Source: Oligoflexales bacterium
Lineage (GTDB): Bacteria; Bdellovibrionota_B; Oligoflexia; Oligoflexales; Bog-1112
Direction of reading: 5' to 3'
DNA length: 64,000 bases
NCBI GenBank assembly: GCA_045106415.1
Contig: JBGCEP010000028.1
Span: 48,042-112,041 of the forward strand
Shown here: piece by piece, positions 1 to 10,753 of the stretch
How the letters are laid out: each line of letters opens with the position of its first letter
Numbering within the stretch: the stretch's first letter is position 1
Notes under the pieces: model-generated
The model's database searches: none
What the model saw: only the letters and a program-made list of their open reading frames with translations
Told to the model about the DNA's origin: nothing
Position numbers and translations under genes: made by a program

Positions 1-309
1 TCTAATCAGCATTTTTCGAACGTGAGTAGGAACTCCTTCATTCTGATAGCAGATCATCAATTGAATCGTTTGATGCACAGATGCTTGGACAAGATGGTGA
101 GACTGGCTAAATCCTTGCGGAGTCATTAAGCTATAGACAAGAGGTTTCACTCCCGGACCACAGAGTTGCGTTGTTTTTCTTGATTCGGCAAGAATGTCTC
201 GCCGCACAGCCTTAAAACCAAGCTCAACATACTTTCGGTTTTCCACACACCAAAAACCAAAAACAACAATCATGACATAAAGCATGAATTTAGTGATAGA
301 ATTCAACAA
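1..309 (-). CDS. Partial hypothetical protein (5' part; runs off the window start)
   Basis: Manual translation of the minus strand gives an open frame LLNSITKFMLYVMIVVFGFWCVENRKY...RKMLIR to position 1, with GAGG just upstream and a hydrophobic N-terminus; not in the ORF track. Confidence 0.55.
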   Translation of the reverse strand, partial: MLNSITKFMLYVMIVVFGFWCVENRKYVELGFKAVRRDILAESRKTTQLCGPGVKPLVYSLMTPQGFSQSHHLVQASVHQTIQLMICYQNEGVPTHVRKMLIR

Positions 310-355
310 AACCTCTTTGACACCGCACAATCCCTATCGGACAAACTCCCAAACG

Positions 356-447
356 CGTGACAAAAAGACTTGCTATATTATTAAAAAAAAGTAAAATTTC
401 CTCGAATTTTTAAGGGGATCTCCGTGACAAAAAGACTTGCTATATTA
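356..447 (+). repeat. 25-bp perfect direct repeat CGTGACAAAAAGACTTGCTATATTA (356-380 and 423-447)
   Basis: Read directly; the second copy contains the GTG start and first 8 codons of the next ORF. Confidence 0.9.
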
Positions 448-1221
448 ACGTTCTTCACTTTCATTTCAACTTCTCAAGCGAGTTCTCTTGTCTGTTTTAC
501 AGCTGAAGAAAAGAAACAAGAAGCTTCAGCACATATCATTGCTCAGGCAACTGTACTGCACGACGGCTTAAGGACATCCTTTCCAACGCAAAATCAAATA
601 CTTATAATGAATGCAAGTCTCCCCAAAAAGTCTCCATGGAAACTGTGCTTTGCATCAAGCACTCCTCTTTTTCATACAGACATCAATGACATTCTAAGAG
701 TGGAAGAAGTCCGCAAAGCTCTATCCAATAAAGAGGTTGACCACATCAGCCTTCAGAACAACAACACGGATATCACGCTCAACTGGAGTGACTCTCTTCA
801 ACCGACGACACAATCACTTGACCCTCTTGTCAGCATCCATCCTTTTGGCAAGATCAAACATGCTGTTTGGTCATACTCACGAGCTTCAAACCATATAGAT
901 TCTGTTCTCACCTGCACTATGAATGATGGCCGCAATATATCCCACAATTTTCACCAATCCGATTTACCAGACTACGCTACTGCACCAGAGACAGGGATTC
1001 TCTCAATTAGAGCTCAAAACCTTTCTCTAGAGCAGCTTCTTCGTACCATACAGCACCCAGGCGTCTTAAATCGCCGCTATCAAAGACAACGATTTTCAAT
1101 CACTCAAATCGCTTCACCTCTTATCACCGGTTCTTTCATATGGATGAACACACGCTCACCTTCTTCCGTTGAAGATCTAAATTTTAAGATTGATGTCGAC
1201 CTAAAGCTTCCGCTCTCATAG
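424..1221 (+). CDS. Hypothetical secreted protein
   Basis: 265-aa ORF, signal-peptide-like N-terminus (..TSQA), RBS AAGGGG. Confidence 0.6.
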   Translation: MTKRLAILTFFTFISTSQASSLVCFTAEEKKQEASAHIIAQATVLHDGLRTSFPTQNQILIMNASLPKKSPWKLCFASSTPLFHTDINDILRVEEVRKALSNKEVDHISLQNNNTDITLNWSDSLQPTTQSLDPLVSIHPFGKIKHAVWSYSRASNHIDSVLTCTMNDGRNISHNFHQSDLPDYATAPETGILSIRAQNLSLEQLLRTIQHPGVLNRRYQRQRFSITQIASPLITGSFIWMNTRSPSSVEDLNFKIDVDLKLPLS

Positions 1222-1258
1222 GCCTTCAAGACTTATCTACCACGATGGATAAGTTTTT

Positions 1259-2233
1259 CTATAAGCTCAGAGACCGAGTCAACGCTAAGCGTGAAGAAGC
1301 CACCACATCCTCAACACTTGCTCCTCGTGACAGATCTGTATAAGGCTTCTTAAGCCCTAGTAAAATTGGTCCCCAAGCTTTATAGCCAGCTAATCTTTCC
1401 ATAAGTTTGTACGCAATATTACCTGAATTTAGATCAGGAAAAATAAGAATATTAGCATCCCCTCCAATGGGACTCTCTGGTGATTTATGAGATGCCACAC
1501 TTGGAACTAAGGCTGCATCTACTTGAATTTCTCCATCGACTGCAATTTCTGGATGGCGTTTTTTAAACATTTCAACGGCAGACCTTATTCTTTGAAGACT
1601 TTTATGCTCTGATGAAGCATGTGTCGAAAAAGACAAGAAAGCTACTTTCGGTACCCCTAAGCTCAGTTCATAGTGCAGCTCTACAGCGTTCACAGCGATA
1701 TCGACAAGTTCACTCTCTTTTGGTTCGACTACCACACCACAATCAGCAAACAACATGTTTTTTTTCATTGGGCTTTGCATTAAAAACGCACTTGAAAGTG
1801 TTTGTATTCCATTTTTTAACCCAGGTGCTTTTAAAGCAGCTCGAATCACACTAGAAGTTGTCGACTGAATCCCAGCAACAACAGCCTGAACCTTTTGTTC
1901 ACTTAAAAAGCACCCAGCCTGATAGAGTGGGTCTCTAGCGAACTCTTTACACCAGACCTCTCCTTTCTTACCTCCCCAGCACCTCAAAAGAAAATCTTCT
2001 GTCATATTAACAATTTCACTGTCATTTGAATCAATATGAATCACGCGTGAGTCTTTCCGGTTTGGTTTCCCCCAATAAAAAACTTCTCTCACCTCCCCAG
2101 AATCTATCATTCTATAGGACGCTTCTTGAATACGAACATCTTGACCTTCTGGAAAAGCTAAAGACTGCGGCGATTCCAAACAACATTTTTCCCAGTGTTT
2201 CTCTAAATCTTTCACCAACCCTCCAAAATACAC
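1259..2233 (-). CDS. pta: Phosphate acetyltransferase
   Basis: FPEG, FADC, VAFLSFST, DGEIQVDAA, FPDLNSGNIAYKL, DLSRG motifs. Confidence 0.9.
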   Translation of the reverse strand: MYFGGLVKDLEKHWEKCCLESPQSLAFPEGQDVRIQEASYRMIDSGEVREVFYWGKPNRKDSRVIHIDSNDSEIVNMTEDFLLRCWGGKKGEVWCKEFARDPLYQAGCFLSEQKVQAVVAGIQSTTSSVIRAALKAPGLKNGIQTLSSAFLMQSPMKKNMLFADCGVVVEPKESELVDIAVNAVELHYELSLGVPKVAFLSFSTHASSEHKSLQRIRSAVEMFKKRHPEIAVDGEIQVDAALVPSVASHKSPESPIGGDANILIFPDLNSGNIAYKLMERLAGYKAWGPILLGLKKPYTDLSRGASVEDVVASSRLALTRSLSL

Positions 2234-2375
2234 AGCTCATCAAAGATACAAACATGCTGATGATCATCTCTTTAAAGGTATATATAAACCTGACACATCA
2301 AGGGTTAGCATGACACACTCCGCACCTGCCTACAAGTTAAGCAATTCGCTTAACATATTAAATTAAAAGGATTAA

Positions 2376-4238
2376 GTGACGACTCATCGTGAGTTATCCA
2401 CAAGGTCTGTGGATTGTCTCTTCAATGAAATAAATATTCATCCGACAACTATGCTTAGTGATGTTTCCATGCATATAGGATATTGCATGATATGTTTTTT
2501 GGTTCAAGATAAAGCTCTACGTCAACAGCTGAGAAAGCTGTTCAAAGAGCAGATAAAGTCTGATACGGCTTGCTTCTTGGATCCAACACGTATTAGCTCC
2601 CTATCGAAGCTCTACGAAAAAAATCATTCATTGCGAGCCTTGGTTACAACGACTGAGGTCTCTTTTCTTCCGAACGATGGATGGGTTGACATGTTGGCTG
2701 CGTTAAACAAGAAGATTCCTGTCATTTTGTTGTCAAATGGTGAACCATATACTAAGTTAAAATCGACACTCGCGAGTTTTGCAGCATTTCTACGTTCTCC
2801 GACAGCAGAAGACATTTTGCAAGAATTAAGGCGTTGTGGGATAACAACACGCAAAGATAATAATTTTACGCAAGATGAAATCCCTGAGTTAAACCTTAAT
2901 ATCCCAGCAAAAATGCTTGAAGGCAGCCACTCTCTAAGTGTTTTAGCTATAGATACCAGTCGTTTCAGAGAAATGGCGACAAAGTATGGATCTAATGTCT
3001 ATAAAGAGTTTCAAGCAGGTTTTCAGAAAATTTTATTTGATTTGTGGGGGACTCAAGGAAATTTCCGCTCTAAAGACATGCTATTTCGTCATTCTTCTAA
3101 TCTTAATCTCTACTTTGTTATTCTTGAACAGCCTCGCTCCACATTACTTCCAAGTCCACGTAGTTTAGAGACTCTTTCCGATAGACTTCATCGCAGACTC
3201 TACAACGCCCTTATTGGTGATATGATGAAGCCTACCGCTACAAGAGTGACTCCAAGCTGCGTCAGTTCTGTGTTTGATTTTTCTGTAGGTTACTCCACCT
3301 TGCTTTTTAACCCTTGTATTGACTCTGTCGAAGCTGTGAACACTCTTTTTGAAGAAAGCAGAGAGATGGCATCTTCACAACAAAAGAGGTTTCACTCTCG
3401 CAAAAAAGAATATATGCAGAGCCTTATTCTAGCATCAGATTTTTTAATCCCACATTACCAGGCTGTTTTTGACATTCGAGACATCAACATCAAAGACATT
3501 GACCCTAAGTCTGCGATAACAGATTTAGGATCTAAAATATTTGGTTTTGAATCTTTAATTCGAGTGAACCCTAATTATGTCAATATCGATTCATATCATG
3601 AAAACGACACCTTTGAAGTTCAGCCTAAGTTTCTTAAGCCAGATATTCTTTTTAATTTAGCGACGTCCACAGACTTATCAATAGATCTGGATCAAAAGTG
3701 TTTAAGACAAGCAACAGAGTATTTTTCTGAGCTTCCTGGAAAACTGTTCGTCAATATTCTTCCAAGAAATTTTTACTTTCTTGATAAACTTCAATTAGCT
3801 CTTCCTGATCATGTCAAACTCGTCTTCGAAGTTTCAGAGAGTGAAGCTATTGATAATTTTGATCTTTTAGTTAAGATTAGAGATCATATTCGTGAGCTTG
3901 GATATCAAATCGCAATTGATGATTTTGGTAAAGGCTATTCAGGTTTAGAGCGTATTATTCATATCCAACCAGATATTATTAAACTGGATAGACACCTCAT
4001 AACCAATATTCATAGCAATACAACAAAACAATCACTTGTACGTGGTATTGTCGAAGCAGCCTCTTTAAGCCAATCCACTGTATTAGCTGAAGGGGTTGAA
4101 ACCATCCAAGAACTCGAAGTCATTAAAAAAATGGGTATTCCTTACATTCAAGGTTTTTTGATGCATCGCCCCAGCTCTTATGAAAGTATTCAAGAAGAAC
4201 TCCAACTTGAAAAGTCAAAACTCCATGAAAGCGCATAA
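2376..4238 (+). CDS. c-di-GMP phosphodiesterase (degenerate REC-like and GGDEF-like regions plus EAL); likely start 2487
   Basis: FESLIR, FVNI, FEVSE, IDDFG, IKLD, AEGVE, QG motifs; no GGDEF motif in the middle domain. Confidence 0.85.
   Translation: MTTHRELSTRSVDCLFNEINIHPTTMLSDVSMHIGYCMICFLVQDKALRQQLRKLFKEQIKSDTACFLDPTRISSLSKLYEKNHSLRALVTTTEVSFLPNDGWVDMLAALNKKIPVILLSNGEPYTKLKSTLASFAAFLRSPTAEDILQELRRCGITTRKDNNFTQDEIPELNLNIPAKMLEGSHSLSVLAIDTSRFREMATKYGSNVYKEFQAGFQKILFDLWGTQGNFRSKDMLFRHSSNLNLYFVILEQPRSTLLPSPRSLETLSDRLHRRLYNALIGDMMKPTATRVTPSCVSSVFDFSVGYSTLLFNPCIDSVEAVNTLFEESREMASSQQKRFHSRKKEYMQSLILASDFLIPHYQAVFDIRDINIKDIDPKSAITDLGSKIFGFESLIRVNPNYVNIDSYHENDTFEVQPKFLKPDILFNLATSTDLSIDLDQKCLRQATEYFSELPGKLFVNILPRNFYFLDKLQLALPDHVKLVFEVSESEAIDNFDLLVKIRDHIRELGYQIAIDDFGKGYSGLERIIHIQPDIIKLDRHLITNIHSNTTKQSLVRGIVEAASLSQSTVLAEGVETIQELEVIKKMGIPYIQGFLMHRPSSYESIQEELQLEKSKLHESA
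2422..2448 (+). promoter_or_regulatory. Putative sigma28 (FliA)-type promoter TCAA-N15-TCCGACAA
   Basis: Resembles TAAA-N15-GCCGATAA; lies upstream of AGGA and ATG at 2487. Confidence 0.5.
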
Positions 4239-5253
4239 ACATTTCATAGAAAAATTTTTAGCGTTCATTTTAGCCTCCATGAGTTTCACATTAGGCCAAG
4301 CCGCTGTTCTTGATGATTTAACTCAATCAGCTGATCACGCTATAAATTCTGTCACCTCTTCCCTAGAAAGTCTTATAGGAAAAAAAGAACACAAAAAAAA
4401 AGGCAGAAGAATTGGCTTTCATCATTTCGGTTTTTTTAAATCACATGCCCTGTCCGATCAAAATAAAATTTCCGCCAAGATTTTTACTTCTCAAAAACAG
4501 CTCAATCACTTTTTGCGAAGATTCCAACCTGAAAGTGTCATTCAAAAGCCTATAAACTTTGAAAAAGAAATGATTCTCGCAGTCGAAACAACAAACCCCC
4601 AGAGTTGGGCAATACAAATCAAAAAACTATATTTTCAAGACTATTTTTCATTTAACCTCCACACAAAAAACATGACAGCAACATGCCACAACATTCAAAG
4701 AGCACGAGCACGAGCACATCTCATACGAATCAAGAAACCAAAAGAGAGAATCTTGCAAATTAAAAAATTTGAAATGCTTGGAGAAAAAAATGACATAGAA
4801 TGCCCTCCTCAGGAAGATAGATCGCTACATCAATCTTTCCACCATAGAATACTGATGTATTCCAAAACATCCACACAAACGCTGCCTCAACCGTCTTTAA
4901 GTGTGCTCTCTTATCAATGGGGGGAATGGGATATTTTCAAAAAAAGACATTGCCCCACATGCTCCGTACTCTACGCTCCTGGCCTTCCTAAAACAGCTTC
5001 AATCATAGGAGTTATCGATCAAGCCCCACTCTCTAAAGAAACCGGAAGAGCTCAGCTGATACTCCATCAATTACAAGCCACTCAAAATAAATGGGTTGTC
5101 CACTTAGAGCGCATCATAAATCTATGTCATCGAGCTCCAAGAAACAGTCCTTTAATCGTTTTTGCAACACCTCCTAACCATTCTATAAAATCTGTTCAGA
5201 TTGCCTCAGGATTTATTGGCGAGTCTCAAAAAGTTTGCAGCCAAAACCCATAG
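4180..5253 (+). CDS. Hypothetical exported protein with PrcB C-terminal-like segment(s); likely start 4225
   Basis: Signal-peptide-like stretch; PINFEKEMILAV..IQIKKL resembles the PrcB_C motif. Confidence 0.45.
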   Translation: MKVFKKNSNLKSQNSMKAHKHFIEKFLAFILASMSFTLGQAAVLDDLTQSADHAINSVTSSLESLIGKKEHKKKGRRIGFHHFGFFKSHALSDQNKISAKIFTSQKQLNHFLRRFQPESVIQKPINFEKEMILAVETTNPQSWAIQIKKLYFQDYFSFNLHTKNMTATCHNIQRARARAHLIRIKKPKERILQIKKFEMLGEKNDIECPPQEDRSLHQSFHHRILMYSKTSTQTLPQPSLSVLSYQWGEWDIFKKRHCPTCSVLYAPGLPKTASIIGVIDQAPLSKETGRAQLILHQLQATQNKWVVHLERIINLCHRAPRNSPLIVFATPPNHSIKSVQIASGFIGESQKVCSQNP

Positions 5254-5292
5254 AATAAACCTATTGCCACTTTTTCAAATCCTTGCTAACTT

Positions 5293-6351
5293 TTGAAAAA
5301 ATTTTCAAAAGGTTTTAAAATGAAACATATATTTTTCTCTATCATTATTTTTATCTCTTCTTTTCCAACCTTTGCATCACCATTTCTTAAAGTTTGTGAA
5401 ACCATACGAGAATTTCCGGAATCTTCTTCATTATCTGTAAAAACAACACAAACCTTTTTAGCACTTGAAAAACTCTCTGAAAAAACAAGCTGTCAAGAAA
5501 TATGGGATGATCTTCTAGAAAAAGATTATTTAAGTCTTAACTCCAAAGGAATTTCAGACTTACAATTATTACAGGGTTTGCAACCTACTTATCTTTTTCT
5601 TCAGAACAACCAAATCACATCTCTGTGGGGCTTAGAAAATATGCACTCACTCAGAGTTCTTTCGCTAGAAAAAAACAACCTTCAAGATATAAGTCTTCTT
5701 TCAAACTTAAATCTTTATACTTTAAATGTTGCTCAAAATCCTTTGTCGATCGAAGGCTTGTTCGCTATTAGTGAAATGCCTTTTTTATTGGACCTCGACT
5801 TTACTGGAACCAACGTAGAAGACGATTCTTTAGAGACAATAATGCTTCGAGCAAGAGTTTTAGAGAATCGCCATCAAAACAAATCTCTACTCAACACACC
5901 AACTCTTCAGTGTGAGCGTTTGCAGCAAATCACCATTGCATCACGCTTATGGAACTTTCCTCAAATACGGCACGATATTGACAATATCACCATTGATGAT
6001 TGGGATAAGCTCAAACATGAAGAAAAGAACATTTATAATAAAATCAAAGCGACCTGGATTGCGAAAAAAATCACACAATCCTTAGCAGAAAAATTTCTTT
6101 TACAAACACAAAAATCCACCCTGCCTCTTGCATTAAAAAGTGCTCTTTCTACAGGCCTACAGAATCAATCTATTTTATTAGAAAAAATTCTGAGGCACAA
6201 AATATCAAATATTGATCTTTCACATACTGACACCAAACTTTTACTTCATAAAATATCCTTTCATCATCCTCATCCCACAACATTACACAAATTATTACAA
6301 AGTATTCTCACTATAATACTCTCTCACACACAGGGTATAGACGAGCATTAA
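5293..6351 (+). CDS. Secreted leucine-rich repeat (internalin-like) protein; likely start 5320
   Basis: LxLxxNxIxxL repeats (LFLQNNQITSL, LSLEKNNLQDI); signal peptide; paralog of 24775. Confidence 0.8.
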   Translation: MKKFSKGFKMKHIFFSIIIFISSFPTFASPFLKVCETIREFPESSSLSVKTTQTFLALEKLSEKTSCQEIWDDLLEKDYLSLNSKGISDLQLLQGLQPTYLFLQNNQITSLWGLENMHSLRVLSLEKNNLQDISLLSNLNLYTLNVAQNPLSIEGLFAISEMPFLLDLDFTGTNVEDDSLETIMLRARVLENRHQNKSLLNTPTLQCERLQQITIASRLWNFPQIRHDIDNITIDDWDKLKHEEKNIYNKIKATWIAKKITQSLAEKFLLQTQKSTLPLALKSALSTGLQNQSILLEKILRHKISNIDLSHTDTKLLLHKISFHHPHPTTLHKLLQSILTIILSHTQGIDEH

Positions 6352-6379
6352 AACACTCTCTCAATCTCATTTTTCTCCA

Positions 6380-6685
6380 TTGTTGTTTTTCTTACTCATC
6401 AAAGGAGAAGACGCTATGATTCAATTTCAAAGCCTTTGTCACAAGTTGATGAAAATGATCTTTCTGCTTTTTTTTCAAGAAATCAACACTCCTATTAGAC
6501 CTTGCAATTTATATGGGTCCCAAGAAAACATGATTCGAAAAAAAGTTAAAAAACGACTTCAGCAGATTCAAAATGATTTTCCTTCAATTCAACAAAGCCT
6601 CATGACTGCTCAAAAAAATATTCGCGCATCACAGCTTGCCGACATCAAGCACTGGAAACACCAAATTGGAAGCAAAGATCGTTAA
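6380..6685 (+). CDS. Small hypothetical protein; likely start 6416
   Basis: AGGAG RBS before ATG 6416. Confidence 0.45.
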   Translation: MLFFLLIKGEDAMIQFQSLCHKLMKMIFLLFFQEINTPIRPCNLYGSQENMIRKKVKKRLQQIQNDFPSIQQSLMTAQKNIRASQLADIKHWKHQIGSKDR

Positions 6686-6780
6686 AATAAAAAGTGATCC
6701 TCACAGCTCTCAGCAGAGCAACCATTGAAAGCTATATAAACAACTGATATGTTGTTATTTATCTAAATCTTCTTATAAGG

Positions 6781-7830
6781 TTGCTGCTTATGCAATCCTC
6801 AGAACTCAGAGCACAAAGTGTATGTTTATTCATCATAGCAACCATGTGCGTTGCAACGAGCTTGATCTTTTTAAGATCAATGATGATCCCTTTTGTTATT
6901 TCCATCTTTTTATTCCTGCTTTTAACACCACTTCTTCGTTATCTTAGAATCAGCTTAAATCTAGGACAAGTCACATCATTAGCAATCACTTTCCTCGGTG
7001 TGAGCTGCATCACGCTCATTCTTGTCTTATTTGGTGTCTACTCTGTACAAAATGTTTTGTTTGATACAGAAATATACCAATCAAAGCTCAATGACTTTCT
7101 GCCTAAAATCCAAGAAATGCTCAATGATTCTCCTCTCGCAGCCAAGCTCGACATCAAGTCGATACAAGCACAGCTTGACCAACTCCCTTTATGGGGAATT
7201 GCGCAAAGCTTAGCGAGTAGCTTTGCTAAAATTCTAAGCAACGCTCTTATTATTGTTATTTTCTTACTTTTCTTATTGGCAGGCTATATTCCTACAAGTG
7301 AAAAATCACCAGTCTATGAAGAGATCACAGCTAAGATTCAAAGATATATTACAACAAAGCTCTTAACCTCACTTGTGACAGCGCTCTGTGTTGGAACTAT
7401 TTATAACTTCTTAGGTATGGACCTTGCTTTTACATTTGGTCTTGTTGCATTTCTTCTCAACTTTATACCCTCGCTGGGCTCTATCGTTGCGACTTTAATT
7501 CCTTTACCTATTGCATTTTTGCAATTTGGGTTTACAAGTCCATTTTGGATTTGCCTTTCAATTCCTTCTGCTATTCAAATCACGATCGGTAACATCATTG
7601 AGCCTAAAATGATGGGTGACAGCCTTGGCCTACATCCAGTTTCTATTTTAACAGCTCTTATGTTTTGGGGAGCTATTTGGGGATTTACAGGCATGTTTCT
7701 CGCAGTGCCTATGACATCATGCCTTCAGATTGTCATGGAACAAATCCCTCTAACTCGCCCTCTAGCATCTATTTTATCTGGAAAATTTGATAATTTGCTT
7801 CCTGTTTATACAACAGAAGAAAACTCATAA
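6781..7830 (+). CDS. AI-2E (PerM/TqsA) family transporter
   Basis: Multi-[41 protein letters not shown]. Confidence 0.9.
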   Translation: MLLMQSSELRAQSVCLFIIATMCVATSLIFLRSMMIPFVISIFLFLLLTPLLRYLRISLNLGQVTSLAITFLGVSCITLILVLFGVYSVQNVLFDTEIYQSKLNDFLPKIQEMLNDSPLAAKLDIKSIQAQLDQLPLWGIAQSLASSFAKILSNALIIVIFLLFLLAGYIPTSEKSPVYEEITAKIQRYITTKLLTSLVTALCVGTIYNFLGMDLAFTFGLVAFLLNFIPSLGSIVATLIPLPIAFLQFGFTSPFWICLSIPSAIQITIGNIIEPKMMGDSLGLHPVSILTALMFWGAIWGFTGMFLAVPMTSCLQIVMEQIPLTRPLASILSGKFDNLLPVYTTEENS

Positions 7831-7841
7831 AAGGACTTCAA

Positions 7842-9542
7842 ATGAAACGCACATTCTCAAAAAAAACACAGGAATTCTTGGAACAATATGCTTCTCACCC
7901 TCACTACAAAGCTCCTACTGGTACAACTCTTCACGCAAAATCATGGCAAACAGAGGCACCTTTAAGGATGCTCTTGAATAACCTCGATCAAGAAGTCGCT
8001 GAAGACCCCAAAAACCTCATTGTATACGGAGGGACTGGTCAAGCAGCACGATCTCAAGAAGCTCTCCACGACATCATAGAAGCTTTACTAGAGCTTGATA
8101 ACAACCATAGTATTCTTGTCCAATCAGGTAAATATGTTGGCAGAGTCAGAACTCACCCAGAGTCCCCTAGGGTTTTTATTGCAAATAGCAATTTAGTTCC
8201 TCACTGGGGCAACTGGGAGCATTTTCATAAGCTTTACGAGCAAGGGCTTATGATGTACGGACAGATGACAGCAGGTAGCTGGATCTACATTGGGACACAA
8301 GGAATTCTTCAAGGTACGTATGAGACTTTCGCAGCAGCTGCTCGCCAAGAGTTTGGGGGTACACTCGAAGGAAAATTAGTCGTCACAGGCGGCTTGGGAG
8401 GAATGGGAGGAGCTCAACCACTTGCTGTCACTATGAACAGCGGGGTTTGTCTGGCTGTTGACATTGATCCAGAACGCATTCAAAAACGACTTGATACCCG
8501 CTATATTGATCGTATGACTGATCACTATGAAACTGCAATTCAATGGTCACTAGAAGCTCAAAAGAATAAAAAGCCGCTTGCTATTGGCTTAGTTGGAAAT
8601 ATTACAGACGTTCTTTGCAATCTTATTAAAGATGGTATCACCCCTGATTTAGCAACTGACCAAACTTCTGCCCACGACCCTATCTATGGCTACGTTCCAC
8701 AAAACCTTAGTTTACAAGACGCTGTATCACTGCGAGAAACAGACCCTCAATCTTATAAGCAAAAATCTATTCACAGCATGGCTGAACACGTCAATGCTCT
8801 TCTCACTTTAAAAAAGAAGGGAAGTATTGTTTTTGATTACGGCAATAACCTCCGTGAGTTTGCAAAACAAGGTGGTGCAGAGCGTGCTTTCGACATTCCT
8901 GGTTTTGTTCCGGAGTATATTCGACCTCTTTTTTGTGAAGGACAAGGCCCTTTTCGATGGGTCGCTTTATCTGGAGACCCTTCAGATATTCACACAACTG
9001 ATCAAGCTCTTTTAGATCTTTTTCCTGAAAACAAACACCTCAAAAACTGGTTAGCAAAAGCTCATAATCAAATTGAATTTCAAGGCCTTCCTGCCCGTAT
9101 CTGCTGGTTAGGAATGGGTGATAGAGAAAAAGCTGGTGTACGATTTAACCAACTTGTTGCAGAAGGTAAACTCAAAGCACCGATCGTGATCGGTAGAGAC
9201 CACCTCGACACAGGCTCTGTTGCATCTCCTTTTCGTGAAACAGAAGGTATGAAAGATGGAAGCGACGCTGTCTCTGACTGGCCTCTTTTAAACCTCATGA
9301 GCAACTGTGGTGGAGGGGCCACGTGGGTCTCATTTCACCATGGTGGAGGAGTCGGTATGGGTTATTCACAACACGCCGGAATGGTCACTGTAGCTGATGG
9401 ATCTTTTCGTGCTGAACAGTGTCTCAAAAGAGTTTTGCATAACGATCCAGCAATGGGAATCGTAAGACATGCAGACGCAGGCTATGATACCGCCCTTCAA
9501 TACCAAAAAGACTTTCAACTCAAAGAGTGGGCTGATTCATGA
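7842..9542 (+). CDS. hutU: Urocanate hydratase
   Basis: [50 protein letters not shown]. Confidence 0.98.
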   Translation: MKRTFSKKTQEFLEQYASHPHYKAPTGTTLHAKSWQTEAPLRMLLNNLDQEVAEDPKNLIVYGGTGQAARSQEALHDIIEALLELDNNHSILVQSGKYVGRVRTHPESPRVFIANSNLVPHWGNWEHFHKLYEQGLMMYGQMTAGSWIYIGTQGILQGTYETFAAAARQEFGGTLEGKLVVTGGLGGMGGAQPLAVTMNSGVCLAVDIDPERIQKRLDTRYIDRMTDHYETAIQWSLEAQKNKKPLAIGLVGNITDVLCNLIKDGITPDLATDQTSAHDPIYGYVPQNLSLQDAVSLRETDPQSYKQKSIHSMAEHVNALLTLKKKGSIVFDYGNNLREFAKQGGAERAFDIPGFVPEYIRPLFCEGQGPFRWVALSGDPSDIHTTDQALLDLFPENKHLKNWLAKAHNQIEFQGLPARICWLGMGDREKAGVRFNQLVAEGKLKAPIVIGRDHLDTGSVASPFRETEGMKDGSDAVSDWPLLNLMSNCGGGATWVSFHHGGGVGMGYSQHAGMVTVADGSFRAEQCLKRVLHNDPAMGIVRHADAGYDTALQYQKDFQLKEWADS

Positions 9543-10753
9543 AAGTTATTGGACCTTTTTCTGAACTTCTCACGATGAATAACCTTCCCGCAAGTGGTCC
9601 CATAAGTGACGACAAACTCGAAGTGGCGAAAGACGTTGGAGTCCTAGTTCATAACGGCAGAATTGTTGAAATAGACTGTTTTTATAAACTTACAAAACAG
9701 CATTCACACATCGAAGAACTTCCACCACAAAGCACAGGGACTCCTGGTTTTATTGATAGCCATACTCACATTTGTTTTTCTGGCCGTCGAGAAAAGGACT
9801 ATGCTCGGCGATTGCGTGGTGATACCTATCTCGACATAGCGAAAGCCGGTGGTGGTATTCAAAGTACAGTTCAAGCCACTCGAAAAGCAACAGAAGACGA
9901 ACTCTTACAGAGCCTCTTAAAAAGGCTTTCCATCCAAATCAAACATGGCGTAACAACCTGTGAGGTTAAAAGCGGCTACGGTCTTTCCATTGAATCTGAA
10001 ATGAAGATGCTGCAAACCATTGCACGAGCACAGCAAAGATCACCAGCGAAAATCGTTTCAACTTGCTTAGCCGCTCACACTTTACCCCCTGAATTTACAA
10101 ACAAACAAGAATATCTTCAATTTTTAACAGCAGAATTATTGCCAAAAATTCAACATGATAATTTAACAAAACGCATTGATATTTTTATTGAAGAAAGCGC
10201 TTTTTCTACTTCTGAGGCGATTCCATATCTTACAGCAGCCAAAGCAATGGGATTTTCTATTGTCATACACGCGGACCAATTTAGCCGCGCAGGCTCACAG
10301 GTTGCAGCTCAGCTCAATGCACTAAGCGCGGATCATTTAGAGGCATCAGAAGATGAAGATTTTAAGAACTTAAAAAAAGCGAATGTCATTCCCATTCTTG
10401 TCCCTGGCGCATGCTTTGGCCTTGGACTTCCACTCCCAGAAGCAAGAAAAATTCTTAACCATGGTTTAGCCCTCGTCATCGCATCAGATTGGAACCCTGG
10501 GAGCGCTCCTATGGGAAACCTTCTTTTACAAGCTGCTGTTTTAGGCTGTCAGCAAAAAATGACAATAGCAGAAACTTTTGCTGCCATTACATATCGAGCA
10601 GCGAAAGCTTTAGAAGTTGAGCAAGGAATCTTAACCGTTGGAAAAGTCGCAGATATTAATGTATTCCCAACAGATAACCACCAAGATATTCTTTATCATC
10701 AGGGCATGATGCAGCCTTCTCATGTTTTTACCAACGGAGAAAATCACCTATGA
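9539..10753 (+). CDS. hutI: Imidazolonepropionase
   Basis: [40 protein letters not shown] overlap with hutU. Confidence 0.96.
   Translation: MKVIGPFSELLTMNNLPASGPISDDKLEVAKDVGVLVHNGRIVEIDCFYKLTKQHSHIEELPPQSTGTPGFIDSHTHICFSGRREKDYARRLRGDTYLDIAKAGGGIQSTVQATRKATEDELLQSLLKRLSIQIKHGVTTCEVKSGYGLSIESEMKMLQTIARAQQRSPAKIVSTCLAAHTLPPEFTNKQEYLQFLTAELLPKIQHDNLTKRIDIFIEESAFSTSEAIPYLTAAKAMGFSIVIHADQFSRAGSQVAAQLNALSADHLEASEDEDFKNLKKANVIPILVPGACFGLGLPLPEARKILNHGLALVIASDWNPGSAPMGNLLLQAAVLGCQQKMTIAETFAAITYRAAKALEVEQGILTVGKVADINVFPTDNHQDILYHQGMMQPSHVFTNGENHL

Noticed and set aside
2376..4238. Active diguanylate cyclase domain
   Set aside because: No GG(D/E)EF motif; only the EAL motifs are intact
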